Source: Sinomonas atrocyanea (GTDB lineage: Bacteria; Actinomycetota; Actinomycetes; Actinomycetales; Micrococcaceae). From it: a DNA stretch of 64,000 nt. A program made the position numbers and the translations under genes. The first letter of the stretch is position 1; the number at the start of each line of letters is the position of its first letter. Shown piece after piece: positions 18,228-26,359 of the stretch. The notes beneath the pieces are model-generated. The model saw only the letters and a list, made by a program, of their open reading frames with translations, ran no database searches and was not told where the DNA came from. The stretch lies in the NCBI RefSeq assembly GCF_030812675.1, contig NZ_JAUSTE010000003.1, positions 290,160 to 354,159 of the forward strand, written 5' to 3'.

Positions 18228-19200
18228 GGGCGCCTCCCTCGACGACCTCGCCCGCGAGGCCGTCCAGACCTACGGCGCCGCGGCACGGATCGTCCGGGCC
18301 GAGCGCGTCCTCGACAGCGGCCTCGGCGGCTTCCTCGGACGCCGCCACATCGAGGTCACGGTCCACGTCCCGGACGAGGTCGGGGCACCCACCCCGGCGG
18401 CCGGCCCTGCCCTCCCGCACCTGCTGACGGCCCGCACCGGGATCGCCGCGCTGCTGGAGGAGGCGGAGAGCGCCGAGGACGCCCTCCGCACGGTGCACGG
18501 GCCCGCCAGGACTCACGGCCCCGGACCCGCCGCCGACCCTGGTGAAGGCGGAGGTCCCGGGGCTGCCGGGGCACCTGCCGCAGACCGGCCCCACCGAGCC
18601 GTCTCAACCGAGGCGACCGACTTCGACGCACTCCTGCAGCGGCTGCGCCGCGAGGTCGACGCCGGCGCGGTCCCCACGCCGCTCTCCGCCCCCGGCGACC
18701 TCGTCCTGGTCCTCGGAGTCGGGGGAGCGGCGGGCGACGTGGTGCAGTCGATGGCCGAGCACGCGGGGCCGGTCGACCAGTTCGGGCCCGCGGAGCACCC
18801 CGGCCCGAAGACGGGGTGGGAGCTGTACGGGGCGGGCGCCGTCGGCCTCGCGGGTCGGCCGCACCTCGACCGCCGGTGGGATGCCGTCGCGGCGCGCGCC
18901 GCCGCCGTCGAGGAGGGCAGGGCCGTCCTCGTTGCCTGCTCGCTCGGCCCGTTCGCCGACGGGCTGCCCCACCTCGAGGCCGCCGCCGAGCTCGCCGCGG
19001 ACCAGGTCTGGCTCGCGGTGGACGCGCGCCACAAGCCGGAGGACACCGCGGAGTGGACCGACCGGGTGCGCGGCACCCTGCCGGTCGACGCGCTCGCGGT
19101 CCTCGGCGCAGGGGAGACCCGCACAGCCCACACCGTCAACCGCCTGGGGATTCCCCTAGGCTGGGTGGACGGATCGCCAGCACCACGGACGGTGCTCTAG
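18205..19200 (+). CDS. FlhF-like protein with a degenerate NTPase domain
   Basis: The N-terminus QFQLRGASLDDLAREAVQTYGAAARIVRAERVLDSGLGGFLGRRHIEVTV resembles the FlhF B-domain. Where the G1 P-loop would sit, it reads LVLVLGVGGAAGD instead of GxxGxGKTT. It follows flhA as flhF does in Firmicutes-type loci. Confidence 0.45.
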   Translation: MAQQFQLRGASLDDLAREAVQTYGAAARIVRAERVLDSGLGGFLGRRHIEVTVHVPDEVGAPTPAAGPALPHLLTARTGIAALLEEAESAEDALRTVHGPARTHGPGPAADPGEGGGPGAAGAPAADRPHRAVSTEATDFDALLQRLRREVDAGAVPTPLSAPGDLVLVLGVGGAAGDVVQSMAEHAGPVDQFGPAEHPGPKTGWELYGAGAVGLAGRPHLDRRWDAVAARAAAVEEGRAVLVACSLGPFADGLPHLEAAAELAADQVWLAVDARHKPEDTAEWTDRVRGTLPVDALAVLGAGETRTAHTVNRLGIPLGWVDGSPAPRTVL

Positions 19201-19236
19201 AGGGCGCCACGCCCGCTACCCACGGAAGGGAACACT

Positions 19237-19482
19237 ATGCTCGTCCTGACCCGCAAGCCCGGTGAGAAGATCATGATCGGCGAGGACATCGTCATCACGT
19301 TCCTCGAGAGCCGAGGCGGTGAGGGCATCCGCATCGGCATCGAGGCACCGCGCCACCTGACGGTCAAGCGCGAGGAGATCTTCGAGGCCGTGGCGGATGC
19401 GAACCGCGCCGCGACGCACGCCGACGCCGCCGAGGTGCTGCGCGGCCTGCCCCCCGCTGCCGTGCCCACCGAGAAGGCCTGA
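19237..19482 (+). CDS. csrA: carbon storage regulator CsrA
   Basis: MLVLTRKPGEKIMIGEDIVITFLESRGGEGIRIGIEAPRHLTVKREEI matches the CsrA family. Confidence 0.85.
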   Translation: MLVLTRKPGEKIMIGEDIVITFLESRGGEGIRIGIEAPRHLTVKREEIFEAVADANRAATHADAAEVLRGLPPAAVPTEKA

Positions 19483-19504
19483 GAGGCGGCGTCACCCCTT
19501 TTTT

Positions 19505-19530
19505 CGCGCATGACACGGTGTGTCACGCGC
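19505..19530 (+). promoter_or_regulatory. 26-bp palindrome CGCGCATGACAC-GGT-GTGTCACGCGC between csrA and fliA
   Basis: Near-perfect inverted repeat directly after a T-run (CCCCTTTTTTCGCGC) that follows the csrA stop. Confidence 0.45.
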
Positions 19531-20516
19531 GGCGAATGGACATGTACAACGTTGTCAGGATAAGAATGTACATGTCCAATGAGGTGACGGCTGGGGTCGT
19601 CGATGTCCCTCCATGGGCTTCACGCCGGCTTGGTCTCACAGGGGTGCACGTGGATATCGGAGAGCGCAACAGCCTCGTCCTGCAGAATCTGCCGCTCGTC
19701 GGCTACCTGGTCTCCGACCTGTGCGCGCGGGCCACCCACCTCTCGCGCGAGGACATGGCCTCCGTGGGTGCGCTGGGCCTCGTGCTGGCCGCGGACTCCT
19801 ACGACCCCTCGACCGGCGTCCCCTTCGGCGCCTACGCCAGGCGGCGCATCACGGGCGCGCTCTCCGACGAGCTGCGCTCGCTCGACTGGGCGGGGCGCGG
19901 CACGCGCAAGCGCATCAAGGCCGTCCAGGCCACCGCCGAGGCGCTCGCCGGCGGGCTCGGGCGGCAGCCCACCGAGGACGAGCTCGCCACCGCCCTGGGG
20001 CTCACCCGCGAGCAGGTGCGGGACACCTTCGCCGACGCCTCCCGCACCGTGGGGGCCCTCGACGACGCCGCGGAGGCGCTCGTGGCCGAGGCGGTCGCGC
20101 CGGAGGATGCCGTGCTTGCGGCCGAGCGCACGCAGTACCTCCGGGCCGCAGTGCAGGCGCTTCCCGAGCGGCTGCGCTCCATTGTCACCGCGATCTACCT
20201 CGAGGGCCGTGCCGTCAAGGATGTCGCCGCCGAGCTTGGCATCACTTCCTCCGCCGTCTCGCAGCAGCGCAGCGAGGCGATGCGGCTGCTGCGCGAGGGC
20301 CTCGAGCGGCACTTCTCCGACCGTGAGGCCCTGAACAGCCCCGAGCTCCTCGGGGCTGTTCAGGCCCCGGCGACCGGTTCGGCGAGGATGGTGCCGTACC
20401 TCGAGGCCTTCGCGGCCGCCGCCAACGGCATCCGGCGGGGCGGGCTCCGGCGCGAGGCCGCCTCCATGGCCGCCCGCGCGTTCGCCGGTCCTGCGGTCTT
20501 CGCCGCGGAGTCGTAG
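19518..20516 (+). CDS. fliA: FliA/WhiG-type (sigma-28 family) RNA polymerase sigma factor
   Basis: Region 2 is LVGYLVSDL...GALGLVLAADSYDPSTGVPFGAYARRRITGA and region 4 is AIYLEGRAVKDVAAELGITSSAVSQQRSEAMRLLRE. The start is more likely ATG at 19566 (MYMSNEV), which has an AGGA 5 nt upstream. Confidence 0.8.
   Translation: MCHARRMDMYNVVRIRMYMSNEVTAGVVDVPPWASRRLGLTGVHVDIGERNSLVLQNLPLVGYLVSDLCARATHLSREDMASVGALGLVLAADSYDPSTGVPFGAYARRRITGALSDELRSLDWAGRGTRKRIKAVQATAEALAGGLGRQPTEDELATALGLTREQVRDTFADASRTVGALDDAAEALVAEAVAPEDAVLAAERTQYLRAAVQALPERLRSIVTAIYLEGRAVKDVAAELGITSSAVSQQRSEAMRLLREGLERHFSDREALNSPELLGAVQAPATGSARMVPYLEAFAAAANGIRRGGLRREAASMAARAFAGPAVFAAES
19539..19576 (+). promoter_or_regulatory. inverted repeat GACATGTACAA-N17-TGTACATGTC with AGGA in the loop, overlapping the fliA start codon (candidate CsrA-regulated translation initiation region)
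   Basis: Arms 19539-19549 and 19567-19576. AGGA at 19557-19560 is 5 nt upstream of the ATG at 19566, and the 3' arm contains that ATG. Confidence 0.5.
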
Positions 20517-20570
20517 CGGCCCGCCGGGCCACACGGCCCCGCGGCCCCTCGCGGCAGCGGCGGCGCCGGC

Positions 20571-21194
20571 TCAGGCGGCGCCGATGAGCCCTGCGAACGG
20601 CGCGGGGCACTCCTTCGGAACCGGGACGAGCTCAAGGCTGATGCCCCGGCCCATGTCGGTAGCCCTCGCCTCGATACCGAGCTCGACCCTGGCCCGCACG
20701 GACACGGGGATCCGTTCGGCGACCACGACCGGGACCACGGTGGTGTGGGGGCTGCGGTGCTGTTCGGCCCGCGCAGCGGCAGACGAGCGGGCCAGCTGGT
20801 CCTCGTCGCAGGAGCCGTGCTGGACGTCGACGGCGTACCGGATCCCCGTCGCCGGGTCGTCCAGGATGAGGCTGTGGATGCCCCGCGGGCAGAGGGGAGC
20901 GTGCCGCAGGGCCCCCAGGCCGAGCATGCCCGGGTCCGCGGCGATCTCGTCGCGCAGCCAGTGCGGGCGGATGTCGGGGCGCCGGGCGAGCCTCGTGCTG
21001 TCGAGCCGCACCGCGTCCCAGTGGGACAGGTCGGCCAGAACGGTGCGTCCGGTGGCGTCGTCTGTGAAGCGGAGGCATCCGGTGTCGGTCCTGCCGGCCA
21101 CCGTGCCGGTGCGCTCCTCGCCGCCGGCGAGCAGCGCGAAGCGGTCGCCTTCCTCCAGCACGATCGCGGCAATGGCAGGGCTGATGTGGCTCAT
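20571..21194 (-). CDS. hypothetical protein (possibly PilZ-like / flagellar-associated)
   Basis: 208 aa from the ATG at 21194, which has a GAGGAG RBS. It is divergent from the large secreted protein. PilZ-like RxxxxR...DxGxG spacing is only loosely satisfied. Confidence 0.35.
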   Translation of the reverse strand: MSHISPAIAAIVLEEGDRFALLAGGEERTGTVAGRTDTGCLRFTDDATGRTVLADLSHWDAVRLDSTRLARRPDIRPHWLRDEIAADPGMLGLGALRHAPLCPRGIHSLILDDPATGIRYAVDVQHGSCDEDQLARSSAAARAEQHRSPHTTVVPVVVAERIPVSVRARVELGIEARATDMGRGISLELVPVPKECPAPFAGLIGAA

Positions 21195-21242
21195 GCGGGC
21201 ATGTCTCCTCGGTCCCGGGCTGTCCCTCCCGGGCACGCCTGA

Positions 21243-21302
21243 TTGTACATGTCAAAGCGAGCGGGACCGGGAAATGGCCGGGAATTAGTTGTACATGTCA
21301 AA
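21243..21302 (+). promoter_or_regulatory. two direct copies of TTGTACATGTCAAA, 46 bp apart, in a divergent intergenic region
   Basis: Copies at 21243-21256 and 21289-21302, between the 20571-21194 (-) gene and the 21352-24345 (+) gene. They share the TGTACATGTC core with the fliA site. Confidence 0.5.
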
Positions 21303-21351
21303 TTCACCGTAGTATTCGCACTGGAACCAGTCGCCCATGGAGGACTACCCA

Positions 21352-24345
21352 ATGCGCCGCAGTCCGAAGCACCGCGCCGAGCCCGCCGGGAGGCCCAGGA
21401 GCGATGCCCTGGGGGGCCACGCTGCCAAGAACGCGCGCGCCGTCGCCTCCACCGCCGCGTCGCTGGCGGTCGCGCTGGCGCCGTCCCTGCTCGGAGGAGC
21501 ACCCGCACACGCCGCCCTCGCCGCAGCTGTCACCGCCGGCTACCCGCAGCGCGCGGCCCAGGTGGGCGTCACGATCGTCACCCTGCAGACCAAGGACAAG
21601 AGCGCCGCAGACGCTGCGGCCCTCGACGTGACCGCCTACCGCAACGCGGTCGCCTCCGCGAGCAGCTACTGGTCCGCCATGTCCGCCGGCCGCATCAGCC
21701 TGCGCGTCACCAAGGTCGTCGCGGGGTTCAAGACCTCGGCCTCCTCGGGCGACGACTTCGGCACCATCATGAGCACGGTGTCCCGCGAACTCGGCTGGAC
21801 TCCCGGCTCTTCGACAGTCCTCCTGCTCGCCGTGCCGCGTGACGACATCCTGGTCTCCGGCAGCAAGGGGAACCTCGGGGCCGGCTGGGCGGCGAGCCAG
21901 ACCAGCGGGCGGATCCTGCTGCCGCGGCCCTCGAGCTTCACCGGGCCCGTGACCGCGCACGAGATGGGCCACATCCTCGGGATCGGCCACGCCAACACGC
22001 TCCAGTGCAGCAACGGGGCCGTGGACGCCGTCCGGGCCGGGGCCCGCTTCGCGGACACCTCCTGCAGCACCCGCGGGTACGGGGACGGCACCGACCTCAT
22101 GGGCATCTCCCGGTACAGCCAGCCCCAGCTGAACGCCTACCTCTACGAGTACGGGGGCATGGGCCGCGGGGACGAGATCGCCAACATCGGCACCCCCGGC
22201 GCGGCCTCCACGTACACCCTCACGCCCTGGGCCGGCGGGGCCCCGCGCCGTGCAGCCAAGTTCAAGGACCCCTCCACCGGCGAGTGGTACTACCTGCAGT
22301 ACCGGGCGCCGGTCGGGTACGACGCGCCCACGGCGCTGGCGGGCAACCAGGGAGTGCAGATCATCAAGGGCGGCCTCGACGAGAGCGAGTCGCTCCTCAT
22401 CCCGCCCACCACCAAACCGTTCTCCGGCGTCTATGCAGCCAACCTCGCCTGGCAGCCGGGCCAGACCTTCACCACGGCCGGGGGCACCCGCGTGAGCATC
22501 AACGCCGCCGGCGCCGCCTCCGCGACGGTCAGCATCACCTCCAAGGGCGCCGTGCCGGAGAACGTGGCGGCCCTGATGGACGCGAAGGCCGCGCAGTTCG
22601 GGCTGGGGCCGGGCTTCGGCGGCATCGGCACCCTCCGGGACGGCGGCCTCTACCACATGTACCAGCGGGGGGCCGTGGTGTGGACCCCCTCCGCGGGAGC
22701 CCGGGTCTCCAAGGGGGCGATCCGCGGCGTGTGGCAGCGGCTCGGGTTCGAGAACGGGTCGCTCGGCTTCCCCACGTCCGATGAGATCGGCGGCCTCAAG
22801 GACGGCGGCGTGTACCAGATGTACCAGGGCGGTGCGATCGTCTGGTCACCGCAGAATGGTGCGTTCGAATCGAAGGGGGCGATCCGCGGCGCGTGGCAGC
22901 GGCTCGGCCTCGAGGACGGAAAGATGGGCTACCCGACCTCGGGCGAAGTCGGCGGCCTGAGGAATGGCGGCGTCTCCCAGATGTACGAGGGCGGGGCCAT
23001 CGTGTGGTCGCCCCAGACGGGCGCCTTCGAGTCCATGGGTGCGATCCGCGGCGCGTGGCAGCGGCTCGGCCTCGAGAAGGGCAGGCTCGGCTACCCGACC
23101 TCGGGCGAGGTCGGCGGGCTGAGGAATGGCGGCGTCTCCCAGATGTACGAGGGCGGGGCCATCGTGTGGTCGCCCCAGACGGGCGCCTTCGAGTCGACGG
23201 GCCCGCTCCGCGACAGGTGGCTGAAGCTCGGGGCCCAGAACGGCGACCTCGGCTATCCGACTTCCGCCGAGATCACCGGCCTCAAGGGCGGCGGCAGCTC
23301 CCAGTCCTACGAGGGCGGTGCCATCGTGTTCTCCCCGGCGACCGGAGCCTTCGAATCGGTCGGCGCCATCCGTGCCGCCTGGTCAAGCCTCGGCTCCCAG
23401 AACGGGAAGCTCGGCTACCCCACCTCGGGGGAAGCCTCCGGGCTCAGGGGCGGTGGGGTCTCCCAGTCCTTCCAGGGCGGGACCATCGTCTGGTCGCCGA
23501 GGACCGGGGCACACGAGTCCCTCGGGGCGATCCGCGGAGTCTGGACCAGCATGGGTGCGCAGGACGGCGCCCTCGGCTACCCCACGAGCGGCGAGATCGG
23601 CGGACTGAAGAACGGCGGCGTCTACCAGCAGTACGAGGGCGGCGCCGTCATGTGGTCCCCCAAGACCGGGGCGCACGAGTCCATGGGCGCCATCCGGGCG
23701 GCCTGGGGAAGCATGGGCTACGAGAACGGCAAGATGGGCTATCCCACCAGCGGCGAGTACGCGATCAGCGGCGGCGTCGCCCAGAACTTCGAGGGTGGAA
23801 GGATCGAGTGGAACAGGAGCTCCGGGATCAAGGTCATCGCGTCGGTGGGCGCGGCCAGCGGGACGGTCACACCGATCCCCGCCCCGCCGCCCGCTCCTGC
23901 CCCCACGCCGAGCCCTGCCCCCGCGCCGACCCCGCCGCCCGCCGTGAACACTGAGACGGCAGCCCAGATCCAGTCCATGGTCCGCCAGACCGCCGTGCAG
24001 ATGGGCGTCGACCCGGCCCTGGCCCTCGCGGTCGCCGAGCAGGAGTCCAGCTTCCGCCAGAACGTCACCTCTCCAGTGGGCGCGATCGGTGTCATGCAGA
24101 TCATGCCCGCCAACCGCGACTGGCTGGCCGGGATGACCGGACGTCCCACACTGGACCTGAACAGGACGGCAGACAACATAGCCGGCGGCGTCGCAATGCT
24201 CCGGTGGCTCACCGCGGAGGCGAAGAACCTGGACGAGGCCATCGCCGGCTACTACCAGGGGCTCGGATCGGTCCAGAGCCGCGGCATGTACGACGACACG
24301 AAGGTCTACGTCGCCCAGGTCAAGGCCCGCATGGCCAAGTTCTGA
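21352..24345 (+). CDS. secreted multidomain protein: metzincin-type Zn-metallopeptidase, nine LGFP repeats, Pro-rich linker and SLT lytic transglycosylase domain
   Basis: Signal peptide MRRSPKH...LLGGAPAHAALA; HEMGHILGIGH (HExxHxxGxxH); about nine 54-aa repeats of GAIRGAWQRLG..G.LGYPTSGE..GL..GG.SQ.YEGGAIVWSP.TGA.ES; PIPAPPPAPAPTPSPAPAPTPPPA linker; C-terminal MGVDPALALAVAEQESSFRQNVTSPVGAIGVMQIMP (SLT). Confidence 0.75.
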   Translation: MRRSPKHRAEPAGRPRSDALGGHAAKNARAVASTAASLAVALAPSLLGGAPAHAALAAAVTAGYPQRAAQVGVTIVTLQTKDKSAADAAALDVTAYRNAVASASSYWSAMSAGRISLRVTKVVAGFKTSASSGDDFGTIMSTVSRELGWTPGSSTVLLLAVPRDDILVSGSKGNLGAGWAASQTSGRILLPRPSSFTGPVTAHEMGHILGIGHANTLQCSNGAVDAVRAGARFADTSCSTRGYGDGTDLMGISRYSQPQLNAYLYEYGGMGRGDEIANIGTPGAASTYTLTPWAGGAPRRAAKFKDPSTGEWYYLQYRAPVGYDAPTALAGNQGVQIIKGGLDESESLLIPPTTKPFSGVYAANLAWQPGQTFTTAGGTRVSINAAGAASATVSITSKGAVPENVAALMDAKAAQFGLGPGFGGIGTLRDGGLYHMYQRGAVVWTPSAGARVSKGAIRGVWQRLGFENGSLGFPTSDEIGGLKDGGVYQMYQGGAIVWSPQNGAFESKGAIRGAWQRLGLEDGKMGYPTSGEVGGLRNGGVSQMYEGGAIVWSPQTGAFESMGAIRGAWQRLGLEKGRLGYPTSGEVGGLRNGGVSQMYEGGAIVWSPQTGAFESTGPLRDRWLKLGAQNGDLGYPTSAEITGLKGGGSSQSYEGGAIVFSPATGAFESVGAIRAAWSSLGSQNGKLGYPTSGEASGLRGGGVSQSFQGGTIVWSPRTGAHESLGAIRGVWTSMGAQDGALGYPTSGEIGGLKNGGVYQQYEGGAVMWSPKTGAHESMGAIRAAWGSMGYENGKMGYPTSGEYAISGGVAQNFEGGRIEWNRSSGIKVIASVGAASGTVTPIPAPPPAPAPTPSPAPAPTPPPAVNTETAAQIQSMVRQTAVQMGVDPALALAVAEQESSFRQNVTSPVGAIGVMQIMPANRDWLAGMTGRPTLDLNRTADNIAGGVAMLRWLTAEAKNLDEAIAGYYQGLGSVQSRGMYDDTKVYVAQVKARMAKF
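22878..23201 (+). repeat. near-identical 162-bp tandem duplication encoding two LGFP repeats
   Basis: The block GGTGCGATCCGCGGCGCGTGGCAGCGGCTCGGCCTCGAG...GGCGCCTTCGAGTC occurs twice consecutively with only a few substitutions. Confidence 0.6.
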
Positions 24346-24405
24346 GCGCCGGGCGACGGCCGCGGCCTCGCCGAGGAGGGCCCCCGACCCCTCCACGATG
24401 TGCCT

Positions 24406-25188
24406 CTAGCGGCGGAGGTCCGCCGGCAGCGTCAGGATCTCGGCACCGTCCTCGGTGATGGCGATCGTGTGTTCACTGTGGGCCGTGCGGCATCCCGTGG
24501 CACTGCGCAGGGTCCACCCATCGGCGTCAGTGATGAGCTCGGCCGTGTCCTCCATGATCCACGGCTCCAGCGCCAGCAGCAGGCCAGGCCGCAGCCGGTA
24601 GCCCCGGCCCGGCCGTCCGCTGTTGGGCACGTGGGGGTCCTGGTGCATGCTGGTTCCGATGCCGTGGCCGCCGAACTGGGTGTTGACCGGATAGCCCTCG
24701 GCGCCCAGGACGCTCCCGATCGCGTTCGAGATGTCGCCGATGCGGGCCCCGGGCACCGCTGCGGTGATGCCGGCATCCAGGGCGCGTTCGGTGGCCCTGA
24801 TCATCGCCGTGCTCTCCGGCCGCTCCGACTCGCCTACGAGGAAGCTGATCGCCGAGTCCGCGGCGATCCCGTCCTTGGTGACGGCGAGGTCGAGGGTGAG
24901 CAGATCGCCGTCGGCCAGCGCGTAGTCGTGGGGCATCCCGTGGAGCACGGCGTCATTGACGGCCGTGCAGACGTAGTGCCCGAACGGTCCCCGGCCGAAC
25001 GGGGGCGCGTAGTCGACGTAGCAGGACAGCGCCCCGGCGTCGGCGATCATCGCCCGCGTCCAGCCGTCGATGTCGAGCAGGTTGGTGCCAGGAGTGCTGC
25101 GGGCCTTGAGGGCCTGCAGGATGTCCGCGACGAGCGCCCCGGTGCGCCTCGCCCGCTCCAGCTCCGTGGGGCTCAGGATCTCGACCAT
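24406..25188 (-). CDS. map: type I methionine aminopeptidase
   Basis: HYVCTAVNDAVLHGMP...DGDLLTLDLAV...GHGIG...LEPW carries the metal ligands of the MAP fold. Confidence 0.85.
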   Translation of the reverse strand: MVEILSPTELERARRTGALVADILQALKARSTPGTNLLDIDGWTRAMIADAGALSCYVDYAPPFGRGPFGHYVCTAVNDAVLHGMPHDYALADGDLLTLDLAVTKDGIAADSAISFLVGESERPESTAMIRATERALDAGITAAVPGARIGDISNAIGSVLGAEGYPVNTQFGGHGIGTSMHQDPHVPNSGRPGRGYRLRPGLLLALEPWIMEDTAELITDADGWTLRSATGCRTAHSEHTIAITEDGAEILTLPADLRR

Positions 25189-25216
25189 GTGATGCCTCTC
25201 GTTGTGCTCCTTGACC

Positions 25217-26251
25217 CTAGCCCATCGCCCGGACGCGGCGCGGCAGTCCCGCGTCGATGAGGACCACCGCGAACCCGACGAGTACTCCCAGGACGGTCTC
25301 GACGGCCCGGTCCGCGATCAGGGCCTGCGCCGGCCCGGGCAGCGCGAGCCGCGTCATGAGCAGGATCAGCGGCGTGAAGAAGAACAGGGCCAGGGCATAG
25401 TGGCGGGCCATGAAGAGCTCGGTGGGGAACTGCAGCGCAACGACCAGCGCGCCCATGACGAGCGGCGTGGGGTGGAAGGCGAGGATCGCGCCCGTCAGGC
25501 CGAGCCCGGCCAGCGTGCCGACCACTCGGTGCAGGCCCCGCCGCAGCCGACCGTGGAAGCCGGTGGCCGAGAGGGGGACCGCGGCGCCTGCCATGGCCCA
25601 GTGGGGGTGCCCGATGCCGAGCGCCAGCGCTGCCAGGCCGGCCGCCGAGACCGCGAGCACGTAGCCGCCGGCCCTCCGCGGGGACGGAGGCACCCGGGGC
25701 GGTCTGACCGCGGGGCGCACCGCGGCCCGGCGCGACGAGGCGCCGATCGCGATGGCGAACACGGCCGCGGCGAGGGCCACCGCGGTCGCGACGCCAGGGT
25801 CGGCGCGGTCGAGCGCGGCGCACGCTCCGAAGGCAAAGAGGGCGAAGAAGGGGCCCGCGGGACGGAACCCGACGCGATCGGCGGCCAGCGAGGCGAGTCC
25901 AGCGAACGCTGCCTCCGCGAGAACGAGCGTCACGGCCGGGGCCTGCAGGGCGGACAGCGCGGATCCGAGCCCGACGCCGGCCACGAGCAGCGCGCCTGCC
26001 GCGGACTGGTGCCGCAGCCGGACCGACCGGTTCGTGCCGCGACCGTACATTCCGGCGAAGCCGCCGAAGACTGCGTCGATCACGAGTTCCGGGTGTCCGG
26101 CCACGAGGAGCGCGGCCGTGGGGATTCCGACGCCCAGGACCATCCGCAGGGCGGGCCAGTGGTCCTCCTCCGCGGGGCCGAGGGACGCGAAGGCGCGCAG
26201 ACGCGCCACCAGCAGCCGCACCGAGCACTCCCTTCGTTGCCACCGCGCCAT
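25217..26251 (-). CDS. FUSC-family (aromatic acid exporter-like) integral membrane protein
   Basis: Polytopic hydrophobic protein; the start is taken at MARWQRR, and the longer ORF extends to 26353. Confidence 0.45.
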   Translation of the reverse strand: MARWQRRECSVRLLVARLRAFASLGPAEEDHWPALRMVLGVGIPTAALLVAGHPELVIDAVFGGFAGMYGRGTNRSVRLRHQSAAGALLVAGVGLGSALSALQAPAVTLVLAEAAFAGLASLAADRVGFRPAGPFFALFAFGACAALDRADPGVATAVALAAAVFAIAIGASSRRAAVRPAVRPPRVPPSPRRAGGYVLAVSAAGLAALALGIGHPHWAMAGAAVPLSATGFHGRLRRGLHRVVGTLAGLGLTGAILAFHPTPLVMGALVVALQFPTELFMARHYALALFFFTPLILLMTRLALPGPAQALIADRAVETVLGVLVGFAVVLIDAGLPRRVRAMG

Positions 26252-26359
26252 CCGCCGGTGGGACACCTGCGTCTGGCGCAGGGCATGGGATCCCTGCTGC
26301 GTCCAGCATAGGCGCCGGGGCGCAGGGCCCGGGTGTCCAGAACGGGCCGGCACCGACGG

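Noticed and set aside
21253-21285. Sigma-28 promoter (TAAA-N15-GCCGATAA) upstream of the secreted protease gene
   Set aside because: GCCGGGAAT resembles the -10 element, but the nearest TAAA-like element is 20 nt away rather than 15. No convincing match.
21304-22656. 450-aa antisense ORF inside the secreted protease gene, plus other Arg/Gly-rich ORFs
   Set aside because: Low-complexity Arg/Gly/Pro translations that lie opposite a strongly supported gene.
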